DNA of 63,939 nucleotides, the filler included, from Octopus bimaculoides (Eukaryota): the NCBI RefSeq assembly GCF_001194135.2. It is 5 parts of 4 records of this genome, joined end to end, with 100 filler letters (N's around TTAATTAATTAA, not from the genome) between each part and the next. Parts side by side here need not be neighbours in the genome. Positions count along the whole stretch, not along the records: positions 1 to 31,641 come from NC_069003.1; 4 more parts are not named here. One strand, 5' to 3'. The notes under the pieces are model-generated. The model saw only the letters and a program-made list of their open reading frames with translations. It was not told the DNA's origin and ran no database searches. Position numbers and translations under genes: made by a program. Positions 10,651 to 23,724 of the stretch are shown piece by piece (positions within the stretch are counted from its first letter, which is position 1; the number at the start of each line of letters is the position of its first letter).

Positions 10651-13071
10651 TTATCAGTAGTTAATGTTCTCAAGACCTACGTGTGCAGAATTCTGTGTAA
10701 AGCCTGTAAATGCGATGCCATACTCAGACCATTCACCTCAGATCCGTTCAGCTATTCTCTCCAGGTTTTCCATTGTCTTGTTAAAGATCACTGCCATTGT
10801 CTTATGCTTTCCTATTAAACATTTTAACTAAAAGTATGGCTTCTTATCCTTTTCTTGTGCCCTCTTATTGTTTCTATTTGTAGCATATGGCTTCAATCTT
10901 GACTTGATATGCCTCTCCCCCCACTACCACAACCTCCACAACTATTCAGGTACTGCGCTTGTTGGCTTGAACATTCTCACTTGCGGAGATCCTTCCAAAG
11001 ACCACACTTCTCCCTAGAATTCCTCGACTACTCTTTCTATTGATGTGACATTGATTTCTATATTATATTTACCAAATTCTTGATAAATTTTGTTTAACGA
11101 ATCACCATAGGTGCTAAAACAACGGCCTTTATATGAGAATTTATAAGAGAATTTATATATTCCTATAGTAATTATCTATATTTTTTATCTGTTTTTTCGT
11201 TATTGATTTTATTAAGAAGTGCATGATCTGTTTTTCTATAGCTTTTCTTTCTACGTTTGTTACTCATATTGTGTGCATGTGTTTTAATATTCCTATATGA
11301 ATACATTATTAAGGGAATACTCACTTTTCATTGTAACTAATCTGGCTGCTGCATACACTATTTCTTTTATCCTGGTAATATTGATGTTCGTGTTTGTTTT
11401 TATTAAGTTTACAATGGTTTGGTTTGCGTTTTTATATTGCTTCAAACTTTTATAACTGAGGTGTGAAGTCTTTCGTTGTTCTTGAGATTTTCTATTGATT
11501 TTAATTCTTTAACTATTTTTATCTTTAAAATATTGCCATATTCAAAACGAACATCTTTAAATGTTTTTATTTCTTAAATCTTTCTCACATCCCTTTTTAT
11601 TCATAATTTCGTTTACGTTGTTTTGATTCAGCTTTTGTTTGTCAATAATCAATATTGTTTATATAATAACGTAAAAGACGAGGTTAATAGGATAATCAAT
11701 GCTCAATACCTTAATAAATTTAATAGTCAACTGTTATTAATTTTAACAATCAGGGTTATATCGCTTGGAAAACTGAACGTCTGCATGTTAAATATTACTC
11801 CGTGTCACAGCGACCCTCCTTTTGCTGCCATTCCAACATGATATTTACAGGAATAATGTTTAAAAAAATATTTTATAGATATTGGGGAGGGGATCACAGA
11901 TAGGTGGGGTAGTGGTGAGGGGGACACTAATGATGGTCAACCTGAACATGCATAAGAGAAGGGGAGGAATTAACTTTCATTGTTGAGTTTAGGTAGCGGA
12001 GAGACGCTTTAATAATCGGGATAATTCCCTATTCATGGATAACCTATAATCAGAATATACTTCTGACTGTTGTTGAAAGTGGGAGCACTGCATTTTTAAC
12101 GTGGTTAGTAAAAAACAAAACAATATGGCGATTTAGTCTACGTATCAGATAGACAACTGAAAAAATTATATTTTAAAATTAAGAAGTATCCATCAATGGG
12201 GAGCTATTCTAGAAGTGTCTGTAGGTCTTTTCTGTTTGGCTGCCAATTTTCAATTTCTTTAATTTCTGTTCGAATTTTATATTCGGTGTAATGATGTAGT
12301 TTTATATGCAAATCAACGCCATGAAATTAATTTTCGTCATTAATCAATAAATAAAGAGTTATCAGCTTTCAAAGTTCGCAAATTTTGGGTAATTTTAGCC
12401 AATCGTAAGCCACAAGCACATTCATGCCTGTTTCCATTGTGACAAGCCAAACATGAGACCTCTTTTATCTGCGAGATAGCACGTGTTGACAAATGTATTC
12501 TACGCGAAAGCATGTGCATCGACGCTATGTTCTGCTGCCTGTGCTTATCTGCTGCTTGTACCCTGGTCAAGAGATGTGCTAAAAATAACAGCTAAATAGG
12601 CCTTAAACCACATACCTCCAATTTTTTTTTGGGGGGTGGTTTGCACAATAATATGAATTTCCGAGTGCAGAAAACAAATTCACAAAACTTTTCTAAAAAT
12701 TCGCAAACATTTTCTGTGTAAAGCAGTTCATTTATTTACAGTTTCATATTAAAACGCTCACAAAATGACAGCTTCCAAATCCTGTTTTTTGACTGGTTGA
12801 AATTATCAAATTTTAAACCACTGTAGCTTAAAAAAAAAAAAAAATTCTGGAAAAAGCGCTCCTGAGATTCTGCTTGGAAAACTACATTAATACACCAAAT
12901 TTTAAAATTTCCAATAAACTTTGAAATTTCCACAGCTGCAGCTAAACAGAAAAGATCCGTGTCTGCGACCCAGCCCACCGTTCTGTTCCCCATACACCAA
13001 AAAAAGGGATTGAACTACTCGACTTAATCAACAAAATATTTGTGAATTTGATATCATTACACTACATGGGG

Positions 13072-13166
13072 TGGTGAACTGGCAGGAACTTAAGCGCACC
13101 GGACAAAATGCTTAGCGGCATTTCGTACGTCTTTATGTTCTGAGCTCAAATTCTGTCGAGGTCGAC

Positions 13167-13168
<2 letters not shown>
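13072..13168 (+). mobile_element. SINE B 5' fragment ending in (ATT)n
   Basis: gaactggcagg..cttagcggcatttcg..gagctcaaattctgtcgaggtcgactt, followed by (ATT)n. Confidence 0.75.
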
Positions 13169-13233
<65 letters not shown>

Positions 13234-13234
13234 C

Positions 13235-13305
<71 letters not shown>
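13168..13305. repeat. (ATT)n microsatellite
   Basis: Near-pure ATT array. Confidence 0.95.
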
Positions 13306-13306
<1 letters not shown>

Positions 13307-13536
13307 GTTGTTGTTTTTATTTCTTCTTTCTTCAAATTTTCTTCCATTTCTCGCCGAGTGTTTTTCGTACACCTTGGGCAGAGAAACTCGTTGTATGCAT
13401 TCCCAGTTTACACACGCAAATTCACAGGTAAAATATGTCTTAAAAAAAAAAATCATGAATGGATGTTGTTTTCATAGCGATAATGCTCTTCTCAGTACAT
13501 GCGTCGGTCCAGTTAGCACGATTTTTATTATTATTA

Positions 13537-13597
<61 letters not shown>

Positions 13598-14407
13598 TAT
13601 TATTATTAAGGCAGCAAGCTGGNNNNNNNNNNNNNNNNNNNNNNNNNNNNNNNNNNNNNNNNNNNNNNNNNNNNNNNNNNNNNNNNNNNNNNNNNNNNNN
13701 NNNNNNNNNNNNNNNNNNNNNNNNNNNNNNNNNNNNNNNNNNNNNNNNNNNNNNNNNNNNNNNNNNNNNNNNNNNNNNNNNNNNNNNNNNNNNNNNNNNN
13801 NNNNNNNNNNNNNNNNNNNNNNNNNNNNNNNNNNNNNNNNNNNNNNNNNNNNNNNNNNNNNNNNNNNNNNNNNNNNNNNNNNNNNNNNNNNNNNNNNNNN
13901 NNNNNNNNNNNNNNNNNNNNNNNNNNNNNNNNNNNNNNNNNNNNNNNNNNNNNNNNNNNNNNNNNNNNNNNNNNNNNNNNNNNNNNNNNNNNNNNNNNNN
14001 NNNNNNNNNNNNNNNNNNNNNNNNNNNNNNNNNNNNNNNNNNNNNNNNNNNNNNNNCACAACCACCACCACCACCACCACCACAGATAGCGTCATCGCCA
14101 CCGCCACCCCTCCGTGCACAATACGAATAAAATATCTGTTATTGAACTGGTTCAAAATAATTAAATATAATAAATTGTATGTTTACATTGTTGATGTTAT
14201 CGATTTTGTTGTTGAAGTTGTCATCATTTGATATGTAAATTGGTAGTTTGAGGTGTTGGCTTGCTGTCGCGAATAGTTAAATAGATGATGCCCTGTTATG
14301 CTGTGTTGTCCTAGGTAGCTGTTATCTCGGAAATCTAGCCAAAAAAAGAAAGAAAACCCATAGAAAATAGAAACAGAAAAGCGAATCCCAACAATAAAGT
14401 AAATACA

Positions 14408-14798
14408 TAGGCGCAGACGAAGCTGTGTGGTAAGAAACTTGCTTAAAGACGGCGAGCTGGCAGAAACGTTAGCGTGCCGGGCGAAAATCTTAGCGGTATT
14501 TCGTCTGCCGTTACGTTTTGAGTTCAAATTCCGCCGAGGTCGACTTTGCCTTTCATCCTTTCGGGGTCGATAAATTAAGTACCAGTTGCGCACTGGGGTC
14601 GATATAATCGACTTAATCCGTTTGTCTGTCCTTGTTTGTACCCTCTATGTTTAGCCCCTTGTGGGCAATAAAGAAATAAGAAACGTTAGCGTGCCGGGCG
14701 AAAAGCTTAGCGGTATTTCGTGTATCTTTACGTTCTGAATTCAAGTTCTGCCGAGGTCGAATTTGCATTTTATCCTTTCACCCATACACACACACCCC
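14408..14798 (+). mobile_element. SINE C head (14408-14444) fused to SINE B (14445-14680) plus a tandem partial B (14681-14798)
   Basis: ataggcgcagacgaagctgtgtggtaagaaacttgctt runs directly into aaagacggcgagctggcagaaacgttagc; after the tail gtgggcaataaagaaataag the B body restarts at aaacgttagcgtgccgggcg. Confidence 0.85.
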
Positions 14799-15693
14799 AT
14801 GTTTGTTTTCGTTCGGTTTCCCTGTATGTCTCCACTGTCCTGTTTTTGATCCCAACTTTGATCCTTCATAAATCCTAAATTTTATTTTATAATTTATGGG
14901 AGCAACAGTCTTCGAAGACTCATATTNNNNNNNNNNNNNNNNNNNNNNNNNNNNNNNNNNNNNNNNNNNNNNNNNNNNNNNNNNNNNNNNNNNNNNNNNN
15001 NNNNNNNNNNNNNNNNNNNNNNNNNNNNNNNNNNNNNNNNNNNNNNNNNNNNNNNNNNNNNNNNNNNNNNNNNNNNNNNNNNNNNNNNNNNNNNNNNNNN
15101 NNNNNNNNNNNNNNNNNNNNNNNNNNNNNNNNNNNNNNNNNNNNNNNNNNNNNNNNNNNNNNNNNNNNNNNNNNNNNNNNNNNNNNNNNNNNNNNNNNNN
15201 NNNNNNNNNNNNNNNNNNNNNNNNNNNNNNNNNNNNNNNNNNNNNNNNNNNNNNNNNNNNNNNNNNNNNNNNNNNNNNNNNNNNNNNNNNNNNNNNNNNN
15301 NNNNNNNNNNNNNNNNNNNNNNNNNNNNNNNNNNNNNNNNNNNNNNNNNNNNNNNNNNNNNNNNNNNNNNNNNNNNNNNNNNNNNNNNNNNNNNNNNNNN
15401 NNNNNNNNNNNNNNNNNNNNNNNNNNNNNNNNNNNNNNNNNNNNNNNNNNNNNNNNNNNNNNNNNNNNNNNNNNNNNNNNNNNNNNNNNNNNNNNNNNNN
15501 NNNNNNNNNNNNNNNNNNNNNNNNNNNNNNNNNNNNNNNNNNNNNNNNNNNNNNNNNNNNNNNNNNNNNNNNNNNNNNNNNNNNNNNNNNNNNNNNNNNN
15601 NNNNNNNNNNNNNNNNNNNNNNNNNNNNNNNNNNNNNNNNNNNNNNNNNNNNNNNNNNNNNNNNNNNNNNNNNNNNNNNNNNNNNNNNNNNNN

Positions 15694-15729
<36 letters not shown>

Positions 15730-15849
15730 ATATATGCATGTATTCCTTCATACACACACTAATATATACACACTCATATATATATAAATTCATGCATGCA
15801 CACACACACATTGAAACACCCACACGATCGTATAGGCATATCATTACGT

Positions 15850-16135
15850 CCTACAGACAGACATGCATATACGTACATCCATACAAGCATACATACACAC
15901 ATACATCCTTACAAGCATACATACATACATACATACATACATACATACATACATACATACAAGCATGCATACATAAATACATACACACATACATAAATAT
16001 GTACATAGAATCATGCATACATACATGCACACATCCATATACATACTTATGTACTTACATGCACACATACATACATACATACATACATACACACATAAAT
16101 AAATACACCGATGCATATATACATACACAAGTACA
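15850..16135. repeat. Degenerate (TACA)n array
   Basis: Runs of catacatacata. Confidence 0.9.
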
Positions 16136-16588
16136 AATTGCACTCATATGTGTTTATATATATATANNNNNNNNNNNNNNNNNNNNNNNNNNNNNNNNNN
16201 NNNNNNNNNNNNNNNNNNNNNNNNNNNNNNNNNNNNNNNNNNNNNNNNNNNNNNNNNNNNNNNNNNNNNNNNNNNNNNNNNNNNNNNNNNNNNNNNNNNN
16301 NNNNNNNNNNNNNNNNNNNNNNNNNNNNNNNNNNNNNNNNNNNNNNNNNNNNNNNNNNNNNNNNNNNNNNNNNNNNNNNNNNNNNNNNNNNNNNNNNNNN
16401 NNNNNNNNNNNNNNNNNNNNNNNNNNNNNNNNNNNNNNNNNNNNNNNNNNNNNNNNNNNNNNNNNNNNNNNNNNNNNNNNNNNNNNNNNNNNNNNNNNNN
16501 NNNNNNNNNNNNNNNNNNNNNNNNNNNNNNNNNNNNNNNNNNNNNNNNNNNNNNNNNNNNNNNNNNNNNNNNNNNNNNNNNNNNNNNN

Positions 16589-16638
<50 letters not shown>

Positions 16639-16695
16639 TAGGAAAATATATTTTATATCTAATATATTTTGAACGAAAGAATATTATGATAGTCG

Positions 16696-16914
16696 ACCGG
16701 TTTCGCGTTTCGTTAATGATGACATTGAAATTGGTGGAAATACTGCAATTTCGTGTTTTCTTAAGAAGTTTTTACTCCACGTTGCTTAGCAAAACAGGAA
16801 ACCGATCGATTATAATAATAAATCTATTCCTTAATATATATTAAAGATATATAAACTGTGTGCATTTTCCTTCTTTTATTATATATCTTTTCACTACGAC
16901 TCACCACGCGGGGA
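16696..16914 (+). repeat. Family F, copy 2
   Basis: Same two segments as 1629-1835, with the first one inverted. Confidence 0.6.
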
Positions 16915-16935
16915 AATTTTCTTCAGCGAAATTCT

Positions 16936-16936
16936 T

Positions 16937-16996
<60 letters not shown>
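16936..16996. repeat. (CTA)n microsatellite
   Basis: Pure CTA array. Confidence 0.95.
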
Positions 16997-17059
16997 AAGA
17001 CGTTACATATACTACCGCTCCAACATTTGCGATACAGACTACAAAAAGACGAATATATA

Positions 17060-17265
17060 AGTTGGCAGAAACGTTAGCACGCCGGGCGAAATGCTTTGCG
17101 GTATTTCGTCTGTCTTTACGTTCCGAGTTCAAATTCCGCCGAGGTCGACTTTGCCTTTCGTCCTTTCGGGGGTCGATAAATTAAGTACCAGCTGCGTACT
17201 GGGGTCGATCTAATCGACTGGCCTCCTCCCCAAAAATTTCTGGCCTTTTGTCTAGAGTAGAAAAT
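17060..17265 (+). mobile_element. SINE B, tail variant ending gtctagagtagaaa
   Basis: Body nearly identical to 14445-14610; 3' end differs. Confidence 0.88.
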
Positions 17266-17481
17266 AATATAAAAAGACAAGAGAAAAGGGATAAACTTAG
17301 ACGAAACCTAGGAAGCATATTTGGTCAACTGAGCCTAAAATCGTATATTTGTAGGGTAGCGTGGTGTCGAGGGTGCGGTGTATGGTATTATAAGTTGGTC
17401 TGAGGTAGGGTAGCGGAGTGTGGTGGCAGATGATGTGCTTTGGTGTAGTGTGGTGTAATGACGTGTTCTGTAAAATAAAAA

Positions 17482-17928
17482 TGTCTTGCTCAAGGCCACA
17501 ATGCATCGCGGGGAATCAAACTCACAGTCTTACAATTGGGGTCCAAAGACTCTCACCACTAAGCCACGCATCTTCACTACACACACACATACATACACAC
17601 GCACACACACATACATGTACACACACTCGCGCACACTAGGGTTCCCGTTGATCCGATCAAGGAACAGCCTACTCGTTAAATTAACGTACAATTGGTTGAG
17701 CACTCCACAGTCACGCGTACCCTTAAAGCAGTTCTTAGGGAGATGACCCTTTGGGAGATGACAAGCTGACCCTTTGAAATATAGGTCCTACTCAATTTTG
17801 TTAGCTGAGCGCGCACTGGAGCAACTTGAAATGAAGGCTACAACGAACCTGGAGTCGAACTCACGACCTCACGACCTCCCGATCGTGAGTCGAATACCCT
17901 AACCACCAAAACCACACGGCTTCACTAC
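17482..17928 (-). mobile_element. Two SINE A2 remnants (head 17482-17580; degenerate copy 17640-17928)
   Basis: Reverse complements match the A2 head gtagtgaag..gcgtggcttagtgg..ttgagcaagacattt and the A/A2 3' half ggaacagcct..cactccacag. Confidence 0.7.
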
Positions 17929-17964
17929 AGTGTAATGTAGTGAGGTGTAATACATGGCGGTGAG

Positions 17965-18821
17965 GAGGACGGCGAGCACGCCGGGTGAAATGCTGAGCAG
18001 TATTTCGCTTGTCTTTACGTTCTAAGAGTGGAGGCGCAATGGTCCAGTGGTTAGGGCAGCGGACTCGTGGTCATAGGATCGCGGTTTCGATTCCCAGACC
18101 GGGCGTTGTGAGTGTTTATTGAGCGAAAACACCTAAAGATCTACGAGGCTCCGGCAGGGGATGGTGGCGAACCCTGCTGTACTCTTTCACCACAACTTTC
18201 TCTCACTCTTACTTCCTGTTTCTGTTGTGCCTGTAATTCAAAGTGTCAGCCTTGTCACACTGTGTCACGCTGAATATCCCCGAGAACTACGTTAAGGGTA
18301 CACGTGTCTGTGGAGTGCTCAGCCACNNNNNNNNNNNNNNNNNNNNNNNNNNNNNNNNNNNNNNNNNNNNNNNNNNNNNNNNNNNNNNNNNNNNNNNNNN
18401 NNNNNNNNNNNNNNNNNNNNNNNNNNNNNNNNNNNNNNNNNNNNNNNNNNNNNNNNNNNNNNNNNNNNNNNNNNNNNNNNNNNNNNNNNNNNNNNNNNNN
18501 NNNNNNNNNNNNNNNNNNNNNNNNNNNNNNNNNNNNNNNNNNNNNNNNNNNNNNNNNNNNNNNNNNNNNNNNNNNNNNNNNNNNNNNNNNNNNNNNNNNN
18601 NNNNNNNNNNNNNNNNNNNNNNNNNNNNNNNNNNNNNNNNNNNNNNNNNNNNNNNNNNNNNNNNNNNNNNNNNNNNNNNNNNNNNNNNNNNNNNNNNNNN
18701 NNNNNNNNNNNNNNNNNNNNNNNNNNNNNNNNNNNNNNNNNNNNNNNNNNNNNTTTAATCCCATTGTCTATCCTTGTTTGTCCCCTCTATGTTTAGCCCC
18801 CTGTGGGCAATAAATAAAGAA
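17965..18821 (+). mobile_element. SINE B interrupted by SINE A and a gap
   Basis: B head to gtctttacgttct at 18023; B tail ttaatccc..gtgggcaataaataaagaa at 18754-18821. Confidence 0.7.
18027..18326 (+). mobile_element. SINE A (3' end lost in gap) nested in SINE B
   Basis: Near-identical to 23339-23625. Confidence 0.9.
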
Positions 18822-18957
18822 TTATATGAAAGTAAAGTGTCTTTTTCTAAAACAATTATTCTCATCGTTTATGAAAACCAACTGGCAGCTGCTTTTGGAC
18901 AATTTAATAATTCTTTCACTGACACAAATCATAATAGTGTGTATCTCTGTTTGTTTA

Positions 18958-18995
<38 letters not shown>

Positions 18996-19177
18996 CTCTA
19001 GTGCGTTTTTGCTTTTGTATGCGTATAGGTGATTAAATCTACGTATGTGTGTATATGTGTGCATGTATGCACGTGTGTGCGTATATGCATATTCATACAT
19101 ACATACGTACACACACATATACATATATTTATGTATCTGTCTTGGCTCTTTCTCTTTCTTTATAGACATATGTATAT

Positions 19178-19547
19178 AAGGCGGCGAGCTGGCAGAAACG
19201 TTAGCACGCCGGGAGAAATGCTTCGGGGTATTACGTCTGCTGATACGTTCTGAGTTCAAATTCCACCGAAGTCGACTTTGAGTTTCATCCTTTCGGGGTC
19301 GATAAATTAAGTACCAGTTACCCACTGGGGTCGATGTAATCGACTTAATCCCTTTGTCTGTCCTTGCTTGTCCGCTCTATGTTTAGCCCCTTGTGGGCAA
19401 TAAAGAAATTAGAAACGTTAGCATGCCGGGTGAAATGCTTAGTGGTATTTCGTCTGTCTTTACGTTCTGAGTTCAAATTCCGCCGAGGTCGACTTAGCTT
19501 TTAATCCTTTCGGGGTCGACAAATTAAGTACCAGTTGCGTACTGGGG
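19178..19547 (+). mobile_element. SINE B plus tandem second unit
   Basis: Full unit 19178-19409, then a restart at aaacgttagcatgccggg running into the gap; same layout as 14445-14798. Confidence 0.9.
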
Positions 19548-20540
19548 NNNNNNNNNNNNNNNNNNNNNNNNNNNNNNNNNNNNNNNNNNNNNNNNNNNNN
19601 NNNNNNNNNNNNNNNNNNNNNNNNNNNNNNNNNNNNNNNNNNNNNNNNNNNNNNNNNNNNNNNNNNNNNNNNNNNNNNNNNNNNNNNNNNNNNNNNNNNN
19701 NNNNNNNNNNNNNNNNNNNNNNNNNNNNNNNNNNNNNNNNNNNNNNNNNNNNNNNNNNNNNNNNNNNNNNNNNNNNNNNNNNNNNNNNNNNNNNNNNNNN
19801 NNNNNNNNNNNNNNNNNNNNNNNNNNNNNNNNNNNNNNNNNNNNNNNNNNNNNNNNNNNNNNNNNNNNNNNNNNNNNNNNNNNNNNNNNNNNNNNNNNNN
19901 NNNNNNNNNNNNNNNNNNNNNNNNNNNNNNNNNNNNNNNNNNNNNNNNNNNNNNNNNNNNNNNNNNNNNNNNNNNNNNNNNNNNNNNNNNNNNNNNNNNN
20001 NNNNNNNNNNNNNNNNNNNNNNNNNNNNNNNNNNNNNNNNNNNNNNNNNNNNNNNNNNNNNNNNNNNNNNNNNNNNNNNNNNNNNNNNNNNNNNNNNNNN
20101 NNNNNNNNNNNNNNNNNNNNNNNNNNNNNNNNNNNNNNNNNNNNNNNNNNNNNNNNNNNNNNNNNNNNNNNNNNNNNNNNNNNNNNNNNNNNNNNNNNNN
20201 NNNNNNNNNNNNNNNNNNNNNNNNNNNNNNNNNNNNNNNNNNNNNNNNNNNNNNNNNNNNNNNNNNNNNNNNNNNNNNNNNNNNNNNNNNNNNNNNNNNN
20301 NNNNNNNNNNNNNNNNNNNNNNNNNNNNNNNNNNNNNNNNNNNNNNNNNNNNNNNNNNNNNNNNNNNNNNNNNNNNNNNNNNNNNNNNNNNNNNNNNNNN
20401 NNNNNNNNNNNNNNNNNNNNNNNNNNNNNNNNNNNNNNNNNNNNNNNNNNNNNNNNNNNNNNNNNNNNNNNNNNNNNNNNNNNNNNNNNNNNNNNNNNNN
20501 NNNNNNNNNNNNNNNNNNNNNNNNNNNNNNNNNNNNNNNN

Positions 20541-21683
20541 AACAAATTTATTTTAAAATGAGGTAGGACCGCCTTTGGCAGTAATTACAGCTTGAATTCT
20601 ACGAGGTATGGACTCGTACAAAGTTTGAATTGTTTCCAAAGGAATTTTTGTCCATTCTTCAACTAAAATAGTTTTCAGTTCTTGTAGTGATGATGGTAGA
20701 GGATATCGACTCATTATTTGTTTTTCTAAAATGCACCATAAATGATTAATAATATTGAGATCTGGGGAGTGTGGTGGCCAGATAAGATATTCAACTTCAC
20801 TAGAATGTTCCTCGTGCCATTCAGTAACAACTTTAGCTGTGTGAATTGGTGCATTATCATCCTGAAAGATTGTGTTTCCCTCCGGAAATATTTCCGCAGC
20901 CATAGGATGAATTTGATCAGATAAAATGCTTAAATAAGTATAGTCACCTAGATCATCACAGATCCTCCTCCATGTTTAACAGTTGAAAGAAGGCAGTCTG
21001 GGTTAAATGCTTCTTTTGGTTGTCTCCACGCGTACACTCGGCTGGTGGTCGGAAATAAGGTAAAAGATGACTCGTCCGAGAAAATAACGTTCTTTCACTG
21101 CTCTAGGGACCAATTCTGTAGGTTTTTACTCCGTTCTCAACGCTTTGCAACGTTTGTTTTTGAAAGTAGTGGTTCTCTGATTGCAGCCCTCCCGTGAAAT
21201 CCAGCTTTGTGCAGCTCCCGGCGAATAGTTTTTGTAGAAACTGGGTTCTCGAGGTGGTCATTAAGCTCTGCAGTAATTTTGGGAGCTGTACTTTTGTGAT
21301 CCTTTCTAACAATTCCTGTAAGAGTCCGACGGTCCCTACCTGAAAGCTTTGGTTTTCTTCCGGAGTTTTGTTTTGACGAGGAGGTTTTTCCCTCTTTCTC
21401 AAAAGCTGTCATTACTTTCGAGACAGTACTTCTTGATACAATAAACATTACGGCTGTTTTCGTTACGCTAGCACTTACCATACGAGCACCAGCAATTTGA
21501 CATCTTTGAATTTTAATTACCTTTTTCTGATGCTATATGAAAAGAAACAGCAATTTTAGCAAAACATATTAAGCAACAATAATAATAAAACATAAAAATA
21601 AACAAGCTTTTGATGGTTTTATAGATATTTCAAAATTATGATGCTATGATGCTAGGTGTTTCCATTATTTTGTCCAACCCCTG
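20541..21683 (-). mobile_element. Tc1-type DNA transposon with DD36E spacing (Incomer/IC-like), disrupted transposase
   Basis: TA-CAGGGGTTGGACAAAATAATGGAAAC TIR at 21683. ORF pieces: ASVTKTA..GRKPKLS..VSTKTIRRELHK (21137-21481); VIFSDESSFTLFP..VKHGGGSVMI*; FQDDNAPIH..WPPHSPDLNII(N)HLW..IPRRIQAVITAKGGPT (20553-20903). The other TIR is in the gap. Confidence 0.92.
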
Positions 21684-21748
21684 TATATATACATACATAC
21701 ATACATGCATACATACATACATACATACATACATAAATACATAAATAC

Positions 21749-21779
<31 letters not shown>

Positions 21780-22166
21780 TATTTCTGTATGTTAGTTCAT
21801 ACAAAGCCACATGTGTATACATGTTTGTGTGAGATTTAGTTACCTCTTCGTCACTTTTTATTTTTCTTAATTAGCTTTACGTTTATCTCTGCTATTGCAC
21901 CTGATGCTGTTGCCGCCGTTGCAGTTGTTGACGTTGTTCGTGTTGATGTTGCTGCTGCAGACGGTGTTATTTTTTGTGGTTCTTGGGTTTCTCGATTGCG
22001 CACTTCTTCATGTTGCTCATTCCAAGACAAGTGGAAGTTTATACTTCAGTTTCCGGAGACTTTGTCAGATGAAGTAATTTAATTACCTTTTTTTTGGTGC
22101 GTTCAGTGTCACGAAAAATTCCCGGTAAACGTTGACCTTTGTGTATTATCATCTTCCTATCTACAT

Positions 22167-22254
22167 ATGTATGTAAGTAGAACCTACCTACCTACCTACC
22201 TACCTACCTACCTGCCTGCCTGCCTGCCTGCCTGTTGGCCTGTTTATCTATCTA

Positions 22255-22289
<35 letters not shown>

Positions 22290-22321
22290 TCTGTCTGCCT
22301 GCCCGCCTGTCTGTCCCTCCG

Positions 22322-22380
<59 letters not shown>

Positions 22381-22386
22381 GTCTGC

Positions 22387-22421
<35 letters not shown>

Positions 22422-22445
22422 CCTGCCCGCTTGTCTGTCCCTCCG

Positions 22446-22508
<63 letters not shown>

Positions 22509-22530
22509 GCCTGTCTGTCTGCCTGTCTGC

Positions 22531-22562
<32 letters not shown>

Positions 22563-22605
22563 GTGTGTGTCGTCTGTCAGTTTCTCTGTCTGCCTGTAAG
22601 GCTGC

Positions 22606-22673
<68 letters not shown>

Positions 22674-22815
22674 GTCTGTTTGTCTATCTATCTATGTCTG
22701 TTTGTCTATCTATCTATATCTATATATCTATCTATATGTCTGTCTGTCTGTCTGCTTACCTGTCTGTCTGTCTATCTGTCTGCCTATCTCTCTATCTATC
22801 TCTATTTCTCTCTGC
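22167..22815. repeat. Complex tetranucleotide array (CCTA/CCTG/TCTG/TCTA) with a ~124-bp higher-order duplication
   Basis: Marker gcctgcccgc(c/t)tgtctgtccctccgtctatc recurs near 22297 and 22421. Confidence 0.9.
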
Positions 22816-23338
22816 CTCTGTCTTTTCTCCGATATAACTCTATTTCTAGAACTACGTGCTTGAAATAGATTTAACTGATTTTTTATATTTCCACTTCTGA
22901 AATTGCTAAACGGTGAATAATTATTCCTGATTGTTTAGCCAACTGATGTAGAATAACGACGTTGGAATATGGCTTCTTTGTTTTTATTCTATAGCTGAAT
23001 TTTGATGAATATATTTACTATACAGAGTCAGAAAGACTGTTTAATCAACAATAGTTACACCACGGACGAGGAGAAAACACTTAAGTGTTGATATCAATTC
23101 TTGTTACGAATGACAAGGGAGATAAATCGAAAAATTCAATTGCTCAAAAAATACATAATAACAGCAATTTTTGTTTATGCAAATTTTTGATAATGTGACG
23201 ATGGTATTAAATAATTTTTTGTTATTTTCTCCAGATGGACAATTTTTTCTTAAGTTGTCCATCTTTATAAAACGTATTTGTGCCGTTTTCTTTTTTCTTT
23301 CTTTCTTTTTGCTATTTCAATGGTGGTTTGTTTACATC

Positions 23339-23724
23339 AGTGGAGGCGCAATGGCCCAGTGGTTAGGGCAGCGGACTAACGGTTTCGATTCCCAGACCGG
23401 GCGTTGTGAGTGTTTATTGAACGAAAACACCTAAAGCTCCACGAGGCTCCAGCAGGGGATGGTGGCGAACCCTGTTGTACTCTTCCACCACAACTTTCTC
23501 TCGCTCTTTCTTCCTGTTTCTGTTGTGCCTGTAATTCAAAGGGTCAACCTTGTCACACTCTGTGTCACGCTGAATATCCCCGAGAACTACGTTAAGGGTA
23601 CACGTGTCTGTGGAGTGCTCAACCACTTGCGCGTTAATTTCACGAGCAGGCTGTTCCGATGATCAGATCGACTGGAACCCTCGACGTCGTAAGCGACGAA
23701 GTGCCAACAACAACAACAACAACA
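23339..23724 (+). mobile_element. SINE A, full length with a small head deletion, 12-bp TSD (1 mismatch)
   Basis: TSD tgtttacatcag 23329-23340 / tgtttgcatcag 23725-23736; (CAA)n tail. Confidence 0.92.

Noticed and set aside
11150-11850. Possible N-terminal region of an R4/Dong ORF (IKEIVYAAARLVT) on the minus strand
   Set aside because: Only one short motif in very AT-rich, stop-ridden sequence; not enough to call.
14445-19547. CRISPR-like recurrence of near-identical repeats
   Set aside because: These are long dispersed SINE copies with no regular repeat-spacer period and no cas genes; the context is eukaryotic.
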